Below are positions 47,547 through 62,696 of a stretch of 64,000 bases of DNA, piece after piece. This DNA comes from Psilocybe cubensis (lineage: Eukaryota). The notes under the pieces are model-generated. The model worked only from the letters and a program-made list of their open reading frames with translations, did not search any database and had not been told where the DNA came from. Position numbers and translations under genes: made by a program. The stretch lies in the NCBI GenBank assembly GCA_017499595.2, contig CM039007.1, positions 1,550,001 through 1,614,000 on the forward strand. Reading direction: 5' to 3'. How positions within the stretch are numbered: position 1 is the first letter of the stretch; the number at the start of each line of letters is the position of its first letter.

Positions 47547-50500
47547 GATGATAAAGATGGGAAGAAAGATGGGGTGAAAAGCGGCAGAATATCGTCTTTG
47601 TGCAGTTTTAACATGTGTCTGTAGTGTGTCCGGCGATCACGTATATATGCACTGGAGCCGTTTTACCTTCTATTTCTGTTAATATATCTCTGACGTACGT
47701 TCGGGGATCAGTGATAATTTTTACGAAGAGAGTCCTTCATTTCGGGAGTATTTGTTCCAATCTTCCTTTCTCAACGTTGCTTATGCAACACTGGTTGGAG
47801 TTCGGCCAATAATTTGGAGCAGACTCCCAAAAGATGATATGCTGGCTCTCTGAAAGCCATAACCATTATCAGAATCCGACATTGGACAACTCCCGTATCC
47901 AGATTATCATAGGACATTGGGAATTTTATTGCCTTGTCGCTGTCTCCTTGGCTCGGAGCCACTGCCACGCTTATTGTAAACTTATTGACATCTTTCGCAC
48001 AGATATTCTTCTGATCTTTCTTAGAGTATGGACCCTTTTTGATGATTTCAACGTGGGGTGTCAACCCAGAAATTTGCCTTCAAAGATACTCGCCTTATTA
48101 TAATCATTGGATGAAAGCATATGGATCCTCAATTGGGTTGCGTCAGAAAAATGTATTGAAAAGCCGGAGCAAATGTATTGCTACAGTGTTAGCGCCCGGC
48201 TAGTCTGCGGAACAGTCAGAATTCTGGTTCCGCTGTACATCTTTCCCTGTTACAGAGAGCTGCGAAGACACAAATCGGTATTGAGCTACATCATTCAAAA
48301 AACACGTCATTTAGAGTGGCGCGTGTAAGCTTCTCGGCTTCTGTATATCGAGGCAGAATAGAACATTTGTATGGCTTGGGTACACTACAATCATATTAAT
48401 AAACTCTTTAAATCGCTCTTTTAGAAATCATATCAAAGCTGGATGATACTCATGATCATGCGTCGGTTCTACCATGTTTCCATTCTCGCCCAACTGCTTT
48501 TTGCAAAACGGCGAGTATCGCAGCAAGGCTAATCCAAACGGAAGAAAATGCATTATATCTTCCTGGTCATATTCTGCATATTCAAGTTGTTTTTGGTTGA
48601 ATCGATGGAATATGCAACAAAATATTCACCTTCTACCAAGTCCCCAACAGGCATGGCCAGGGTCCCGTACCTATGGGCCGAGTTTTCCATTCTTTATAAG
48701 ACGACACCACCTCATTGTCTTTCGTTTTTGATCAAATTATTGGTAAAAATGACAGGTTGATACTTTTCAACCCAACACGATGACCACTCACATCAAATAA
48801 ATTATACTTATGTAAAAGCAAATTTTCATGCATGGATGTGCTTTTCCAATAATTCCGATGACTTTTTAAAAGTTCATCAGCAGTAGAAACGGTCTATACC
48901 GACTAATCGCTCTATTTAGTAAAAAAACAATGCCAGTGACCTACCATTGTCAGGCAGGAAAGATTGAAATTACTTTCTATCTAGTCGAGAGAGAATTTGA
49001 CCCGATAGAGCAAGAATTGACTCGTATCCGTGCTCTACGCTCTACTCTCCCACTCTCAACAAAAAACCATCGCATGAAGTGTGGCCCATGCCAGAAGTAC
49101 CTAGACAGCTGACTTAAGCGCCCATGTAGCAACAACTTTGATTATTGATCGGGTGATCGACTTTCAAACACATGTTAGTACACAAGTTGGGTAACAAATC
49201 ATTTGGCCCAATAAGATAAATAATATCATCTTATCATAGCATTCAGACAAGTCGCCGCTCTGATCATGAGTCATTACATACACGCATCTGTACATTCCTT
49301 GCAATGTTTCTGATGGTTAAGACACTCTGGAAAACTTCAAATTTCCGTCTGGTCGTATTGTATCGATGGCATCAGAATATTCGGTTGGCGCTGAGCTGGC
49401 AATGGCAATCGGGGACTTTGCAATTCGATCAGCAACATCTCCTTCGCGTCCGATTGGAGGAGATGTTCATTTACGAGAATTCGGACCGTAGTTCCATTCA
49501 ATGTATTTCGATCACCAGTTTGAACTGGTCCAACTTCTGGCGGTGGTAGAAAATATCCGTCCGCCCTGATCAGCTCGATCAAGTTATTAGTATTGAGAGA
49601 TAGCGAGATAGCTATCATGAAGGTTGATAGTGGATGATGACTTTATTGCTCATTACTTCGTTATATTTCATCCCATGACACTGTCATTCGTGCCGTAACG
49701 AAATGGTCGTTTTATTACCTCACCATGTAGAATATATATTACCTTTTAATTTCCGATAGCAGCCATTCCAGGCCTTTGAAAGAGCTCCGCAGAGAATATT
49801 TGGAAGTTCATGGTACCCAATGTAGTACACCAAGGTTTCACAGCTTCTAATATAAATTTTGAGGTGGGTAGCAGCATTAGCTACATAGTAAAACAACCGG
49901 TACCGTGTGGCGTCCAAATTGGAGGTAGAACACATCCTGTGATTTTGGCCATCAGCCATTTCAGGTTTGATGCGTATTGCGTCAAATTCTCTACCGCAGT
50001 CTGATTCCTCGAAGGCATCGGAACGCCTGAACTTGCCGTCCCCAGGTAGATAATTATCGGAAATAGTACCAAATTAACCAGAACGAATCAATTCGATCTT
50101 TTATTTATTATTACTTCGATCATGTTTCGATGTTACGTGGCATTAGCATCTACGTGTGTCAATCGGAGAACCAATGTGGTTTCGTTGGATATATTTCGGC
50201 AGCGAAAAACAACGTACATACACATCCGTACATCCGTCATTGGATTCACAAGTTCACGTTAGCAGGACTAAAAATAGAAGCACTCGGAATAGAATCCACC
50301 CACTTCCCCAGACGTTGACATAATAGGACGTCTTGCATGGTCTTTCCAAACTGGTGCCGTACTCCATAGCGTGAAATTACACTGGGTCACCGGTCAGTAG
50401 CCACAGGTCGGTCTATCGCCAACGTTCGCTCTTGTGAAAAGGTATCTACTTGATAGTTAAATCGAGTTGAGTGATGTCTGTGGAGCCAATAGATATATTG

Positions 50501-50875
50501 CAAAGAGACCAATGCCCAAGCTTTGTCATTTGGGACTCGGAAATCATACGTGCCTGAAATACACGACTTGGAACCAATTAGGTTCGAGATGCCAATAACA
50601 TAGCAATCTTACGATAGGCAAGTAAGACGAAGGGAAGTTGTTCTTGATAGGCCAGTGACCAGAAGTGACAGCCTGAAAGAGGACAATGACCGGCAAGTCA
50701 AGCTGAGGCAATAGAAAAGTTCCAGCCACCAAGAAACCCTGCAAAAAATTGACGGACGCGTTTGGGGCACACGCCTTGCAAAAAGCACTGTCAATGTCAG
50801 CCCTGAAAAAAAAAGACGACCCTCGGCGTTTGAGATGAAGTGACTTGCTGAAAAGTATTCACCTGGTATATAAAT

Positions 50876-51759
50876 TTATTCCGGATTTTTCCTTTTCTTT
50901 TTCTTCGATTTCTTCGTCGTGTCGTTTGTATCATCTGAAGGAGCCTCGCGTTGACGCTTAACTTTTTTCTCGCGAGCACCAGAGATGATGTTGTTCTGAG
51001 ACGACACGGCGGAAGACACATTCTTGACAGGTTGAGGGTCATCGATCCCAGCAGGCTTCATGAAGGTTGCTTTTGGAGGTTTCTGTACTTGTCCACGAAG
51101 GTCAGTACCAACACCACCGCTTTCAAACATAGCCTGTCTGGCAGTTAACCGAGAATCTTTGGAATCATTGAATTCTTCGAATCCCCGTAAATGTCCAGAC
51201 GCCCCTGATGCGGTTATCGAAACAGGTCTAGGGTGAACTTTGCGCCCTTTCGACGGCGGTGGGTCAACTGATGGAGTCGAAACGTTGGCAGTGGCCGAGT
51301 CCGATGTAGAGGGCTTGACGAAAATCTACATCAGTCTAAATGCGCGAGGGGGGGAAGAACGAATTTGGAGCCACATCTACCTCTAATGAGATATCCTCTC
51401 CTTTTTTGTTGAAGGTCCGTCTGCCTGTCGGTTTTGATGTAGAGGCGGTAACATTACTGTTGGTGTTGGTTGAGGTGTCACCCGAAAATAGAAAGGGCAA
51501 ATAAGAGGCTTCATGCACATCGGAAGACCTTGGTATTCGCGTTATTGCCGGAAACTAAAAGAGCCTCATATAGTACTCACTCAGAAAGCCTCTCATTTGT
51601 AATTCCCCAAGAATCTCGGATGTGTTGACTGATCTCCCACTTTCCATCGTCCTTCACTTCTGCTCGATCTAACTCGACTTCTTTTAGGTTCTTCGCTCGT
51701 TGCGCATTCTGCATAAACTTCAGACTGAGCGTGCTGGTACTGAGACTTTTCGCCGCCAT
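50876..51759 (-). CDS. Mpp6-like nuclear exosome cofactor
   Basis: N-terminal LSTSTLSLKFMQ and internal GRRTF resemble Mpp6 motifs; Lys-rich C-terminus. Confidence 0.65.
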
Positions 51760-54700
51760 CGGGATCCAGGGGGTGGGTAAAGATAACGCAAAAGTGTGGC
51801 AAGTGTCGTATACGAAGACCAACTTGTAAAAAGCCTTGAACGTGCCCAACGCAACCCAAATGATTACGAATTTTGATTTAATTATGTAACTAATTATTTT
51901 TTTCAATTGCTTTGCCGCTTCTGCCGAGTTTACAACATAAGAACTCCGAAACGGACTTTAAATAACTTGCAAAAAACTTGTCAGTGACTATAACAAGGTC
52001 CACTGTAGAGATGCCCGTACTACTATGATTCTCTGTTCGGTTCCATAACACGTTTCCCAGTGACCCTGAATCAACAAACGTTAGCTCATTAGGGACCATT
52101 TTCAGTTTCATCCGTCATTCCCAGTCGCCGTTGGGTTGTCGTAAAGATCAATCGAAAATTCGAAAACGTGTCTAGGTTCCCCAGAGCGCCCTCCCAATTC
52201 CAAACCACCGCCCATTGCACTATCAATCGCACTCTTCGGGCGAGTGTTATTACCGTTACCTCAGAGTTAAAAGAGTATTATTATGATTTGATTTGCAGGC
52301 CAATGTTGGTATAGCGGCGAAAGCTACGGTCCTATGTGGAATTTTGAATGTGCCGGTTCGGGATGTTATTGGTTGTGGTCGCGTCCCTGTACTCGCTAGA
52401 TATAGCGGCTGCCGTCATCCCTGCAAAGCATTGAGAGTCGAGACAGACGGCCAATAAAATTTCCAGAAGTCTATTTCGACCCTTAAATCGCTATGACATT
52501 TAGCTTTCCAACTTTGCTACTGGGCACAGACTGCGACCCGATTACGACTCGCCCTCGCCTAAGCTACACAAGTATGTACGCGATGTGCGCATCTTTTCGA
52601 AACTTCCCTCATGATCATAGTGTAATATTCTGATAAGATGAACCACACCGTAATTAAGGGCAGCTATCCAAAATAAACGCTTGATGCTTTGCGAGCTTGC
52701 TACATACACGGTGCCGAACAATGAACAAGGCTGCAAGTTACAAGTTTAACCTGCCCCTGCATCGCAAAAAAAAACCAAGGATCGGAAAAGGCGATCGTCT
52801 CCGCGCCCCTTTCCAAATACACACATAGAACCAGCAGATCTGGAATCCCGAAACGGCTCCCGTGCGCGGTGCGCCACGAACCACCGCTGACTGGCACTGA
52901 AGTGGAACGGAATTATGATCATCACAATATAATAGACACCGAGTATGTACGCACGACCACGACCACGACCTGACTAACCCGAACATCTGCATCACCAGTG
53001 GAATCCGAATGAATATGATTCGCTCACGCGAGCCGATTCATATTCATACATAGACATAGGCAAGTTAGAGCATGGGAAGGAAGCACTGTTCCAAGGATAT
53101 CATGCCGATAGTGTTGCTTCCCATGCTGTATGCTGTATGGTCCAGGTGAGGCCTATGATAAGTTATCTCGTCCGTGACTCTACGGTTTACCCACTGAATG
53201 TCGAACTGCTCTTGCCGTATTATCTTGGCTCGGATCCGCTTCGCTTTGATTGGGCATGTGCACAGAAGTCATCGAATTAGCGACGCTTTGACGATATTGA
53301 ACGGATGGAGCGAGATTGAGAAATGTATATATAGACAGGACGGTACAGCAATCTGTGTTCAAATAAAAATGAACGCATTAGTTTTTCTCAACACCACACC
53401 ACACCTTGAGGTTAATTAAAAAGCTATTATAGCATGTAACATGTAGTGTCTAAAAACATAAGAACAAGGTGCCATTGGGCGGCGTTATGATACTCTTCTA
53501 ATAATTCTGTTTGTCTGACATAACATTCTCAATCGGCAGCGCTGTCAAAGCAAGAAGCTCAGATAGCAATTTATCTGCGCTTAACAGTGACACAGGTGCT
53601 ATCACACAATAATATACATACACTTTCATATCATAGCATACCCCTACACCGCTCGACGCATAGATACTATCTACTATCTGTCAGGGCCGAGCAACAACAA
53701 ATCTTCAAAATAAAAACGTTAACGTTCCTATAGGACAGATAGATAGAAGTTAGCCGATAAGCCGCTGGAAGGAGTGGCAAGGCCATAAAAAAAATCGCGG
53801 CGGTTGCAATCCGCTCACAGCACACAGCAACATTATAGCAGTTTGCGATTTGACGCGACCTGTCAGTCAGTCAGTCAGTCAGGTCAATCGACAGCAGGCA
53901 TGAGCCATTGTACGATATATTTACTTTAATCCTGTGAACAAAACCAGCGTTACCTTCTTTGTTATTCTGAACTTGATTCAGAAAATGCGAGCGTCATGTC
54001 GTGTCAAAAAGCGTTACCCTTACGAAACTCAAAAACGATAATGATACCGATAAGCCTTTTACTATTTAGTATTACTGTACTAGATAAACTATGACGACGG
54101 GATCAAGATAGGGTTGTATGTAATTGATATCAAAACAGACTCATATCTGACTTTTACTCCAAGATTCCGAGAGTTACGCTCACAAGACCGCCACCTCGGT
54201 CTTTCAAATTTACAGTTCCAGTTCCCCACCAACCACAGACAGCCACAGCCATTGACTCGCGCTTCCAAGTTCCAGGTGATAGGATCTCCGTCTCCGTCTT
54301 CGTCTTCGTCTTCACCTTGATCTCCATCTCCATCTTCTTAATCATAATGCTATCTATATGACATTTTATCTCATCTTTCAAGCTTCAACTGACAGCACAC
54401 TCAAAGGTCTCAAACGTCTCAAACAGGCGAGCTGGGACCAAAAAAAATCTGATGATGATGAAGATGATCGCATTTTTTTGCTGTTCTTGTTCTGTTCTTA
54501 AAAAGAAGAAGGACACATTGCACGATTGCACGATTACAAGCCGGGCCTGAAGTTTTTTTCTCACATCAAACATCAAAAATCAACTTGAACTCGAAGCAGA
54601 CTTATATAATTTTTCAGTTTATTTCAAGTTTGGCACATCGCTAATATAGAATCTAATACCGGCATTTTGGCATTTGGCATTTGGCGTTGGACATTGCTCA

Positions 54701-57125
54701 CAGGACCTCAGACTGAAAAAAAACGGATAACAGGTGCATACAGAGCACAGTGAGAAGCTTGCTGTGTGACTCGGACAGCTGCTTTTATTTCCACTCAGCA
54801 GGCAGGTGCAAGAAATTACTATGGTTATAATTGTGTTTACGATCGTGATATGATGGTCGTCGAAATCGAGCGCCGTATCATATCATATGGTGTCGTGTTC
54901 GGTTTCTTAACTGCTAGCTGAAGTCTAAGCCTGAGCCTAAGCTTGTAGCCTGAAGTTTGAAATTTGGAGCCAGAGCCAGCAACGAAAAAACAAAACACCA
55001 AAAACCTCATACACCCACCCTCCACCATGCGCCTTTTCTTTTTCCTTTTTCTACTTTTCGTGAACATGCATCTGCGTCTGCGTCGAACGCAATCACAATT
55101 GCCTCCCTGCTCTCGTCAATGGTGTGGATATAGCACATAAAAATCCAGAAGACAGAAGAAATATAAATATAAATATAATTATCATGGGCATCATCAAAAG
55201 TCATAAGTAACTGTGCGTGTACATATACCGTACGCACACCCAGGCCCAGCTGGACTTTGACTTGACCGATGAAAGCGGGTGGGGGTTGAGTGGTGGGAGG
55301 GGAAGTGCGAATGGGAAATGGGAAGTACGAAGTCGGAAGTAGGCAGAGAAGTGGGAAGTGGGAATGGGAATGGGAGGGCGGTGAGAACGAGAGAGTGTAT
55401 CGAGTAGCAAGTAACAAGTTGTGATATAACTAATCATACCAATGGGGATGGGGATACCCATACAAATCAAATCCCGACTCCGACCACAGAGGAGCGCCTT
55501 CAGCTTCAACATTTCACCGTTCCACCGTTCCACCGTTTCAAATTCAACTTCACTTGAAGTTATTTCCAAGTTTCCTCGAGGCTTGAAGCGATAATGAAAT
55601 GAATGTCGAATCTTGAATCTTGATGATATGATGCGCGTTCCTTATTAATTATATTTATAAGTGTATTAAGTATACTATAAGTGCGCGTCTGAATCAGGGT
55701 AATAAGAGAATCAGAATCAGAATCGGAATGGCTTCTGTTTTCTGTTTTCTCGTTTCTCGTTTCTGTTGACCGAGTCTTTCCTGGTTCCTAGATGTTTTTA
55801 ACACGATACGATGCGACTAGCAAGGAGGATGAGTCTACGCTGATATACAAAGTAGGATCACCCAAAGTTCACAGCAGATTCAAAATTTCTTGGTTTTCGA
55901 GGGTTGAAAGACTCGTTAAATTAAAATTATGGTTGTGTTTGTTGATTATATCACGAGTAACATATCACCGTTTATTCACCTTACTTACATTTTCATTCAA
56001 GATTCCCAAGTTCAAGTCAACGACACTGCAAGCTTCAAGCATAAACGCCCCGCCCCGGATCTTGAAAGACCTGTCATTGACAACTTCTTCGAACACGCGT
56101 ATTTTATGTCATGAACCACCCAACACTGAACAGCCAAGATCCGTGTTACTTCGTGCCGTGTCGCTTCCTGTCGTGTCCTGTCGTGTCGTGTGCTGGGGTG
56201 GGCTCTCATGTCTGTCAATCACACGAACAAGCGGTGAGCGGTGAGTGGGTGGAAGAAGGGAAAGGGGAAGGGGGATGGATTGGACTTGGGCTATGTTTAT
56301 CTCCGCGACAAGACACGACATGACAGGACAGGATACGCAGGAACGAGCGCGGGGGGTGTTGAGAAGATCCGTCTGCCGTCTGACCTCTGAGGCCTGAGGA
56401 TGGCTTGTGTACACTGAGTCAATGAATTCGATCAGGATAAGAACACCGGGCACAGAAAGAGAAAAAACACGAACGCGAAGGAAGTACAACGCAAGACAAA
56501 GAATCGCGACATTGCGACATATGAAAGCCTTATATGATATGTTATCTTATCTTGCCCTTTCCCTTGCCCCTTTCCCCTTGGGCACACTCTAATCGAAAGA
56601 AACAACAAGACTTCGAAGAAGACGAAGGAAGAAGAAAGGAGAAGAAGAAGAAGGAACATCGCGGGAGAGAACGTCCGTTTTACCTATAAAACCTGCGCAG
56701 AAGCGGTAGCGGTGGTAGTAGTAGTGCGGCATGTGGAAAAGTGGGGGTATTTGTGAATGGGAGAAAGGAAGAGTATGTGAGGCCAGGTCGGCGAGTCGAA
56801 AGAGAAGCAGGATGATTTTGCGATGATTGTCCAGGGTATGGATCATCTGATATAAGTGGAAAAGGGGGACGGAAGAGACCGCAAAGGACGGGAGATATAA
56901 TTGATCCGAGTATTGGGTGCCTTGAAGTTGGTGGGATCGACTCGGACTGAAAGGACGGTTCCCATCTGAGCGGTTTCTGTCAGAGGATGAGCCAGCGCTT
57001 AGTATAGGTTGTCAAGGAGCAAAGTGAGCTGGATCTGCGATCTGCGAAATATGAGCCAGCTCCCGATCTGATGAACCGATTCGAGAGATATAAAAGAGGA
57101 ATTAGAACAGGTGCGGCTTTCCCCA

Positions 57126-57953
57126 ATGTCGGCCACCTATCATCTGCGCCAAGTCTCGCCCTCGCCCTCCCCGACTGCCTCTACCACTGACCACTACAAG
57201 CTGCCGAACCACTCGCCACCAAACCACCGACTCCGCAGACCGCTGTCCCCCAGTTCGCTCAGAGGTGCCGTCCCCCCTCGCTCACCCAACTCAGCCACCC
57301 ACTGACCCCCCGCAGATGTCGACCTCAGCCAGGCCCCCGACATGTCCCATCGCAAGTACCCCACACCCCCGACCGGCCACGACCTGATGGCCATGTTCCC
57401 CCCCGCGCCCCCCGACAACTTTCCAGAGATGCGCCCAGGGCCCACCAGCGGCTTCTTCCAGCGCCAGGAGCGCGCCTTTTTCGCACAGGCTGGCAAAGAA
57501 ATCGTCCGCGTCCGCGTCGAAGTCGACTTTCCCCACGGCGCAGAGCCAGAACAACTCAAACCCCGCACACAAACAACCCGCCCCTGGCTCAACGGCCCGC
57601 CCCCTGCTACCCCCGCCGCTGCTGCTGCTGCCGCTCCGCCGCACCACTCCCCCGTCCAGTCCGCCCCGCCAACATTGTACCCCTCGCGGCCCACCCCACG
57701 GCCATCCACCATCGCCGTCTCCCCCGCACCCCTCTTCACCTCCTCCTCCACATCATCCTCCCATCACTCGCCCTCGCTGCATCAGCCAGGCATGCGCACG
57801 CCCCCGCAGGACCTCATCCCCCCTGGCCCACCCACCACAAAACCCGAATATTCCGCGGAAGAGTACGACGACGAGGCGTGGAAGCGGCCTATGCCCTTTG
57901 CTGAGCGGAGGCGGGCGGGCAAACACACAAGGCGTGTGATCGTTCGAACATGA
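57126..57953 (+). CDS. Small Pro/Ser-rich protein of unknown function (intron 57265-57315)
   Basis: TATAAAA near 57089; in-frame splice; strong C-ending codon bias; non-repetitive blocks TSGFFQRQERAFFAQAGKEIVRVRVEVD and WKRPMPFAERRRAGKHTRRVIVRT. Confidence 0.8.
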
Positions 57954-60900
57954 ATTGTCCTGCCCCGTCATGACCAACCCACCACATCCCCCCACACACC
58001 ACTTGTGTCATATAGATAATGAATCCACCCGTTCATGCGCTGCGCACGACATCACGCGTCACGCCCTGGTCTCGCTCTCACTCCTACTCTTTGTTTTGTT
58101 TTTTTTCGTTTTTTTGATTTCAGCAAGATACCATCCATCCCCATCCTCCATCTGTCTATCTATCTATACCTTGGACTTTCTGTCGTCGTCGTCGTCGTCT
58201 TCTTCAAGTCCGTCTATTATGCCCCACCCATCCATCCATCCAACAGCAACCGCCAACCGCCTACGTCCAAACAACGTCCAACTTTTTTGCGCCGCCGCCG
58301 CCGCTGCCTCGCTAATTCTTGAACCCGGTCGCCTCTCCACGTGCGCTCCATCGAATCTACTCTACACGTCGTCTAGTTACTCTCTTACTCTCTACTCTCT
58401 ACTCCCTCCCTGCGCTCTGTATCAACCAACTCACTCCCCATCTGCATATTTCACATCCCGTTATCGTATTCTTGAAAATCTCAATCTCACTCTCAATCTT
58501 CATCTTGGAATATGTGTATTGTACGTATACAACAAGACACAAATCGTTAAAACTTGTATGCATTGAGAATGATATTTGTGAAATTAGAAGGAAGATGACG
58601 GTATGTATTTGTATACGAGATATGCTTACGCTTACACACACAGCCTACCTTGGAATCGTAGTAGTACTTGGTATGCCTATGCTATGCGTATGCTCCGTCA
58701 GAAGCGTGTGCCTTCCAAGTAGGGAAATGACAGGGTTGTAATCGGCGATCATGAGGACTGCTAAGGTTGCCTAAGCCCTTACTTCACTTACTTCACTTGA
58801 TTATGTACCTTATGCCCTTGTGTATGTTATGTTACTTACGAAGATGGATGATGATGACATCCGACGACGCACGACACGACGCGTTTATTGCGTCCTTGAT
58901 CAATTGAATTTACTTATATACTTACTTATATAGTATTGAAGAGGTATTGAGCCGGGTAAGGTGAGAATTTGGGTATTACATTTGAGAAATAGAAAATGGT
59001 ACGTACTACGTCGATGTTCACGGGTTCACGTCACTGCATGCAGTTGCAGGTGCAATTGCGGTGTACTGTCATTGATCAGTGGGGAAGGAAGAAGGAAGAA
59101 GAACCTTGCGTCGTCTGGGTTCAAACTTCAGACGGACGGAGCTTCTGAGATTAAGATCGAGCTGAGCTGGGCTGTGTGTTACACAGTATGGGGGGGCAGG
59201 CAGACGCAGAGAGACTCACTCGGAGAACTGGGAGCTCCCAGCTTCCAGTTCCCAAAGAGAGAAGAGAGAGAGGGAAGAGCGGAAGATGCGTCATCTTGCG
59301 GGACTTCAGCTTCTACGACTACATAGTACATCATGATCGTGATTCGTGATTCGTGATGTATGAAATGCGTGAATCCGCGAATGCATGAACGTGAATCCAC
59401 GCGTTTATAGAAATAAGAATACATGAATACATGATCATCCCATTCCATCCCATTCCATCTGTCCGTCCGTCCATCTGCAGTACTGCCAATGCTCATACTA
59501 CCTGGTCCGAGTCCTATTAACATTTACCCGTACTTATATCAGAACCTCCGAGTGCGAGTGCGGGTGCGCACTGCACTGCGCTCGCTATCCTCATCCTTGT
59601 GCTTGCTTGCTTTGACGTCCATTCGAGTTCGAGTTCGAGTCGATCTGGAATGGAATACCATGCCTTTGCCTCTCCTCTTCCCCCTCTCCTCTCCTCTCCC
59701 CTAGGCTCCCAGCGAGTCCCCTGTACCCCTGTACCCCCTATCCAATGCCCACCACATCCGCCCTCATCCGCCCGATCTCACAATTGCAATCGCAATCGAA
59801 CTCGCAATTGCCAACGCCAATGCCAATCATGGCGCCGGGCGCACGCGGCGGCACTGAGCGGCACTGAGCGGCACTGTCGTGGCACTTCCACCGGCATACG
59901 CAATGGCAGGTGCAATGGCCACAATGGCAGAGAATGGCGGGTGCAATGGCAGGGCGGCTTAAGGCGGCTTTTTATATTTCAATGTCATCGTCATTTCATT
60001 TTCTGATCATGATCATGATCGTGCCGCGTGCGACAGTGATGAGTGATCGATCGAGTGACGATTTCAATTTTTCAATTTTGAATTTTGAATTTTGAATTTG
60101 GATTTCTCCGCTTTTTTTGTTTACCTGTGATTTATGTTTTCAAATTTGCACGTTGTCATCATTATCATCATTATCATCGTCATCATCGTCAGTAGCAGCA
60201 GCAGGAGTAGCAGTGTAATGGTTTTGCGGTTTTGCTCCTTTGCTTTACGTTCACCAGTGTGACGAAGATACAAATATTTGATTCACTGGCAATACTCCCA
60301 TGGCTGACATCGATATGCCGCTTTCGCTTCGGTTCTTCGAATCTCAGAATCCCAGAGTATGAGAATGCGAGAATGTGAGAATCCTAATCCTTGAAATATA
60401 CATTTCCGTTGGTGTCTGCAAAAAAACAAAGAAGAAGAGAGGGGAAGAAAAAAAGTGGTCCGCGTTGTGCGTCGCTGAGCGCCAAAAGAACAAATTGAGG
60501 TATGATATTAATTAATCAAGTACATATATCTGAGTTTGAGTCGGACCTATAATTCGTAATATATACATTCAAAGAAAACAGAAACAGATTGATATTTTAT
60601 ATAACAATTTGATGGCAATGTTTCGGAGTGTAATTTATTATTCGGCTTGTGACTTTAACCGCTTTCGTTCTCCGTCTGAAGCGGTATACGCACTTTACTT
60701 GTCTTGTTCTTGTCCAATGACAATGCCAATGGACTACAACCTGTACCAGGGTGCTACCAGCTAAGTGCGAAAACATGACACCGATGATGGATGATATATG
60801 ACGATGGGTATAGCTCAAGTCATAACATTGATTTATTGATTTAGATGACAATGGGGAAGGATACTTGGAATTTAATACGTCAGGCTGTAGTACCTGACAC

Positions 60901-62634
60901 TGTCGCCGCGACTTGCGCTCGGTGCGAATCACGATCATGATCGAACAGTAGTAGTACTTCAATACTAATTATAAGCACCAAATCGTCGGGCGGGGCTGTG
61001 GGCGGGTGAGCGGTCGGTCGGGCGCTAGACGTTAGACGCTAGCTGCTAATAGCTATTGCTATTGCTATTTTAATTTGCTCTGGTACTGATATTTGACTAT
61101 GCGATGCGATGCGATTTGTATCCAACGTCCAGTCACAATGTTGATAACACACGATACACCCGGGCAAAAAATCTACAGAAGATGTCTCCTATCTCCTATA
61201 CCTGAAGCAGAAGCGAACCTCTTCCGTCATCAAGGGGACGTCGGACAGTATCAGTATTACTATACTTACCATACCGCGTAGACACGTTTTTTCCTGTTTT
61301 TTCTCGACCTCGAAAACACATGCCCTATATTGATATGAAATTATTCGTCATTCCGACTTCCGAGCCCCTTGAAGCCAGGAACTGGGCACACTACAGCAGC
61401 ACGCCGGCACGCCAGCACACATTCATTCAGTCATCAAGGATACTATAATATAATGTAATATAAAAAGTGATCATGATCGTCGACCCACTTGAAATGGACG
61501 TTCTCCGCAGTCCCAGGGCTTTCCTTATCTTACCACCCACCCACATCCGCATCACATTATGATTTAGTATTACGCAAAACGCACATGCGCAAATGGCACG
61601 ATCGCCATTGGCATTGGCATCAGCGATACTGATTACGATACCGGTATCGATGTCGGATTTGTAGTCGGATTCGGATTCGGATTCAGATTCGAATTCGCAC
61701 CATCGGTACATGGTATCAAAGGCCCTGATAGTGAACAATGCGCGCTTTTATCTCCGCATTTGCAATGGGCTAGCTGCCGGGAGAGCGATTTGCTACTGAT
61801 CATGCACCAACAAGTTCGAGTTTTTCCTGAAGGCTGATCTTTATTCTTATCCTTATCCTTGCCTGCATGGACATGTATACACCGGGTTCCTACTAGCGCC
61901 GTAACTAGCTGCTGATCGCTGTACGCGTCCGGTGCAAAAAATCGTTATCATTATCAACATGCTGCTCAAACTTGAAATAATCCTCGGAAAAGACGGTTAT
62001 GCTGGCTACGCAGCCTTCGGACTCTCAGGATCCGTCATATTTCCGTGAACAGCGCATTTCATTTTTTGCGTATTGGCTGGTGGCAGGCGAGTTGAACTGC
62101 GGCGGTACGATCACGATGTTGGAAGGTGGAACCAAAAAAATTAGTCCGAGTCGAGTCGATCGAGTTTTGTTTCCTTACGGTACGTACACAGCTAGCCTTG
62201 GTGTATCTCGTCGTAACTCAGTAGACTTGAGTACTGACGCGTTCGCCAGCAATATAGCAATATAACATGCTAATATACCATGTTAAAGTCGCTTAGAGTT
62301 GTACAGCCTGAGGTTTACGGGTTTACGGACTTGTAAATGGATTCATTTTTTTTTTTGCTAAATTGTTCGTTCGTATCAACAGGAAGCAAGAAGCATGGGT
62401 AAGAAGTACAATTGCACGATGATGCAACCGCCACCCACGCGTCACCGATTCGCCGTCATATCCCGGTCCCCTAAGATGACGATATGCAGACATCACTAAT
62501 AGTAATAGTGCACTATGTGGACATCTGCACGACTGAGTTTCCTCACCACCGCACATCCTTCAAGCTTCTGCTTCAGTACTCAGTCCTGCTCACATCGACG
62601 GCGACTAAGGCCATCGACGGCGATTAAAGGAAGC

Positions 62635-62696
62635 TCAGCCTCAGCCTTTATCTCAGTCTCAGCCTCATCATCAGCCTCAGCCTCAGCCTCATCCTC
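62635..62696. repeat. Imperfect (TCAGCC)n microsatellite
   Basis: Read directly; one of many SSRs in 54-64 kb. Confidence 0.7.
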
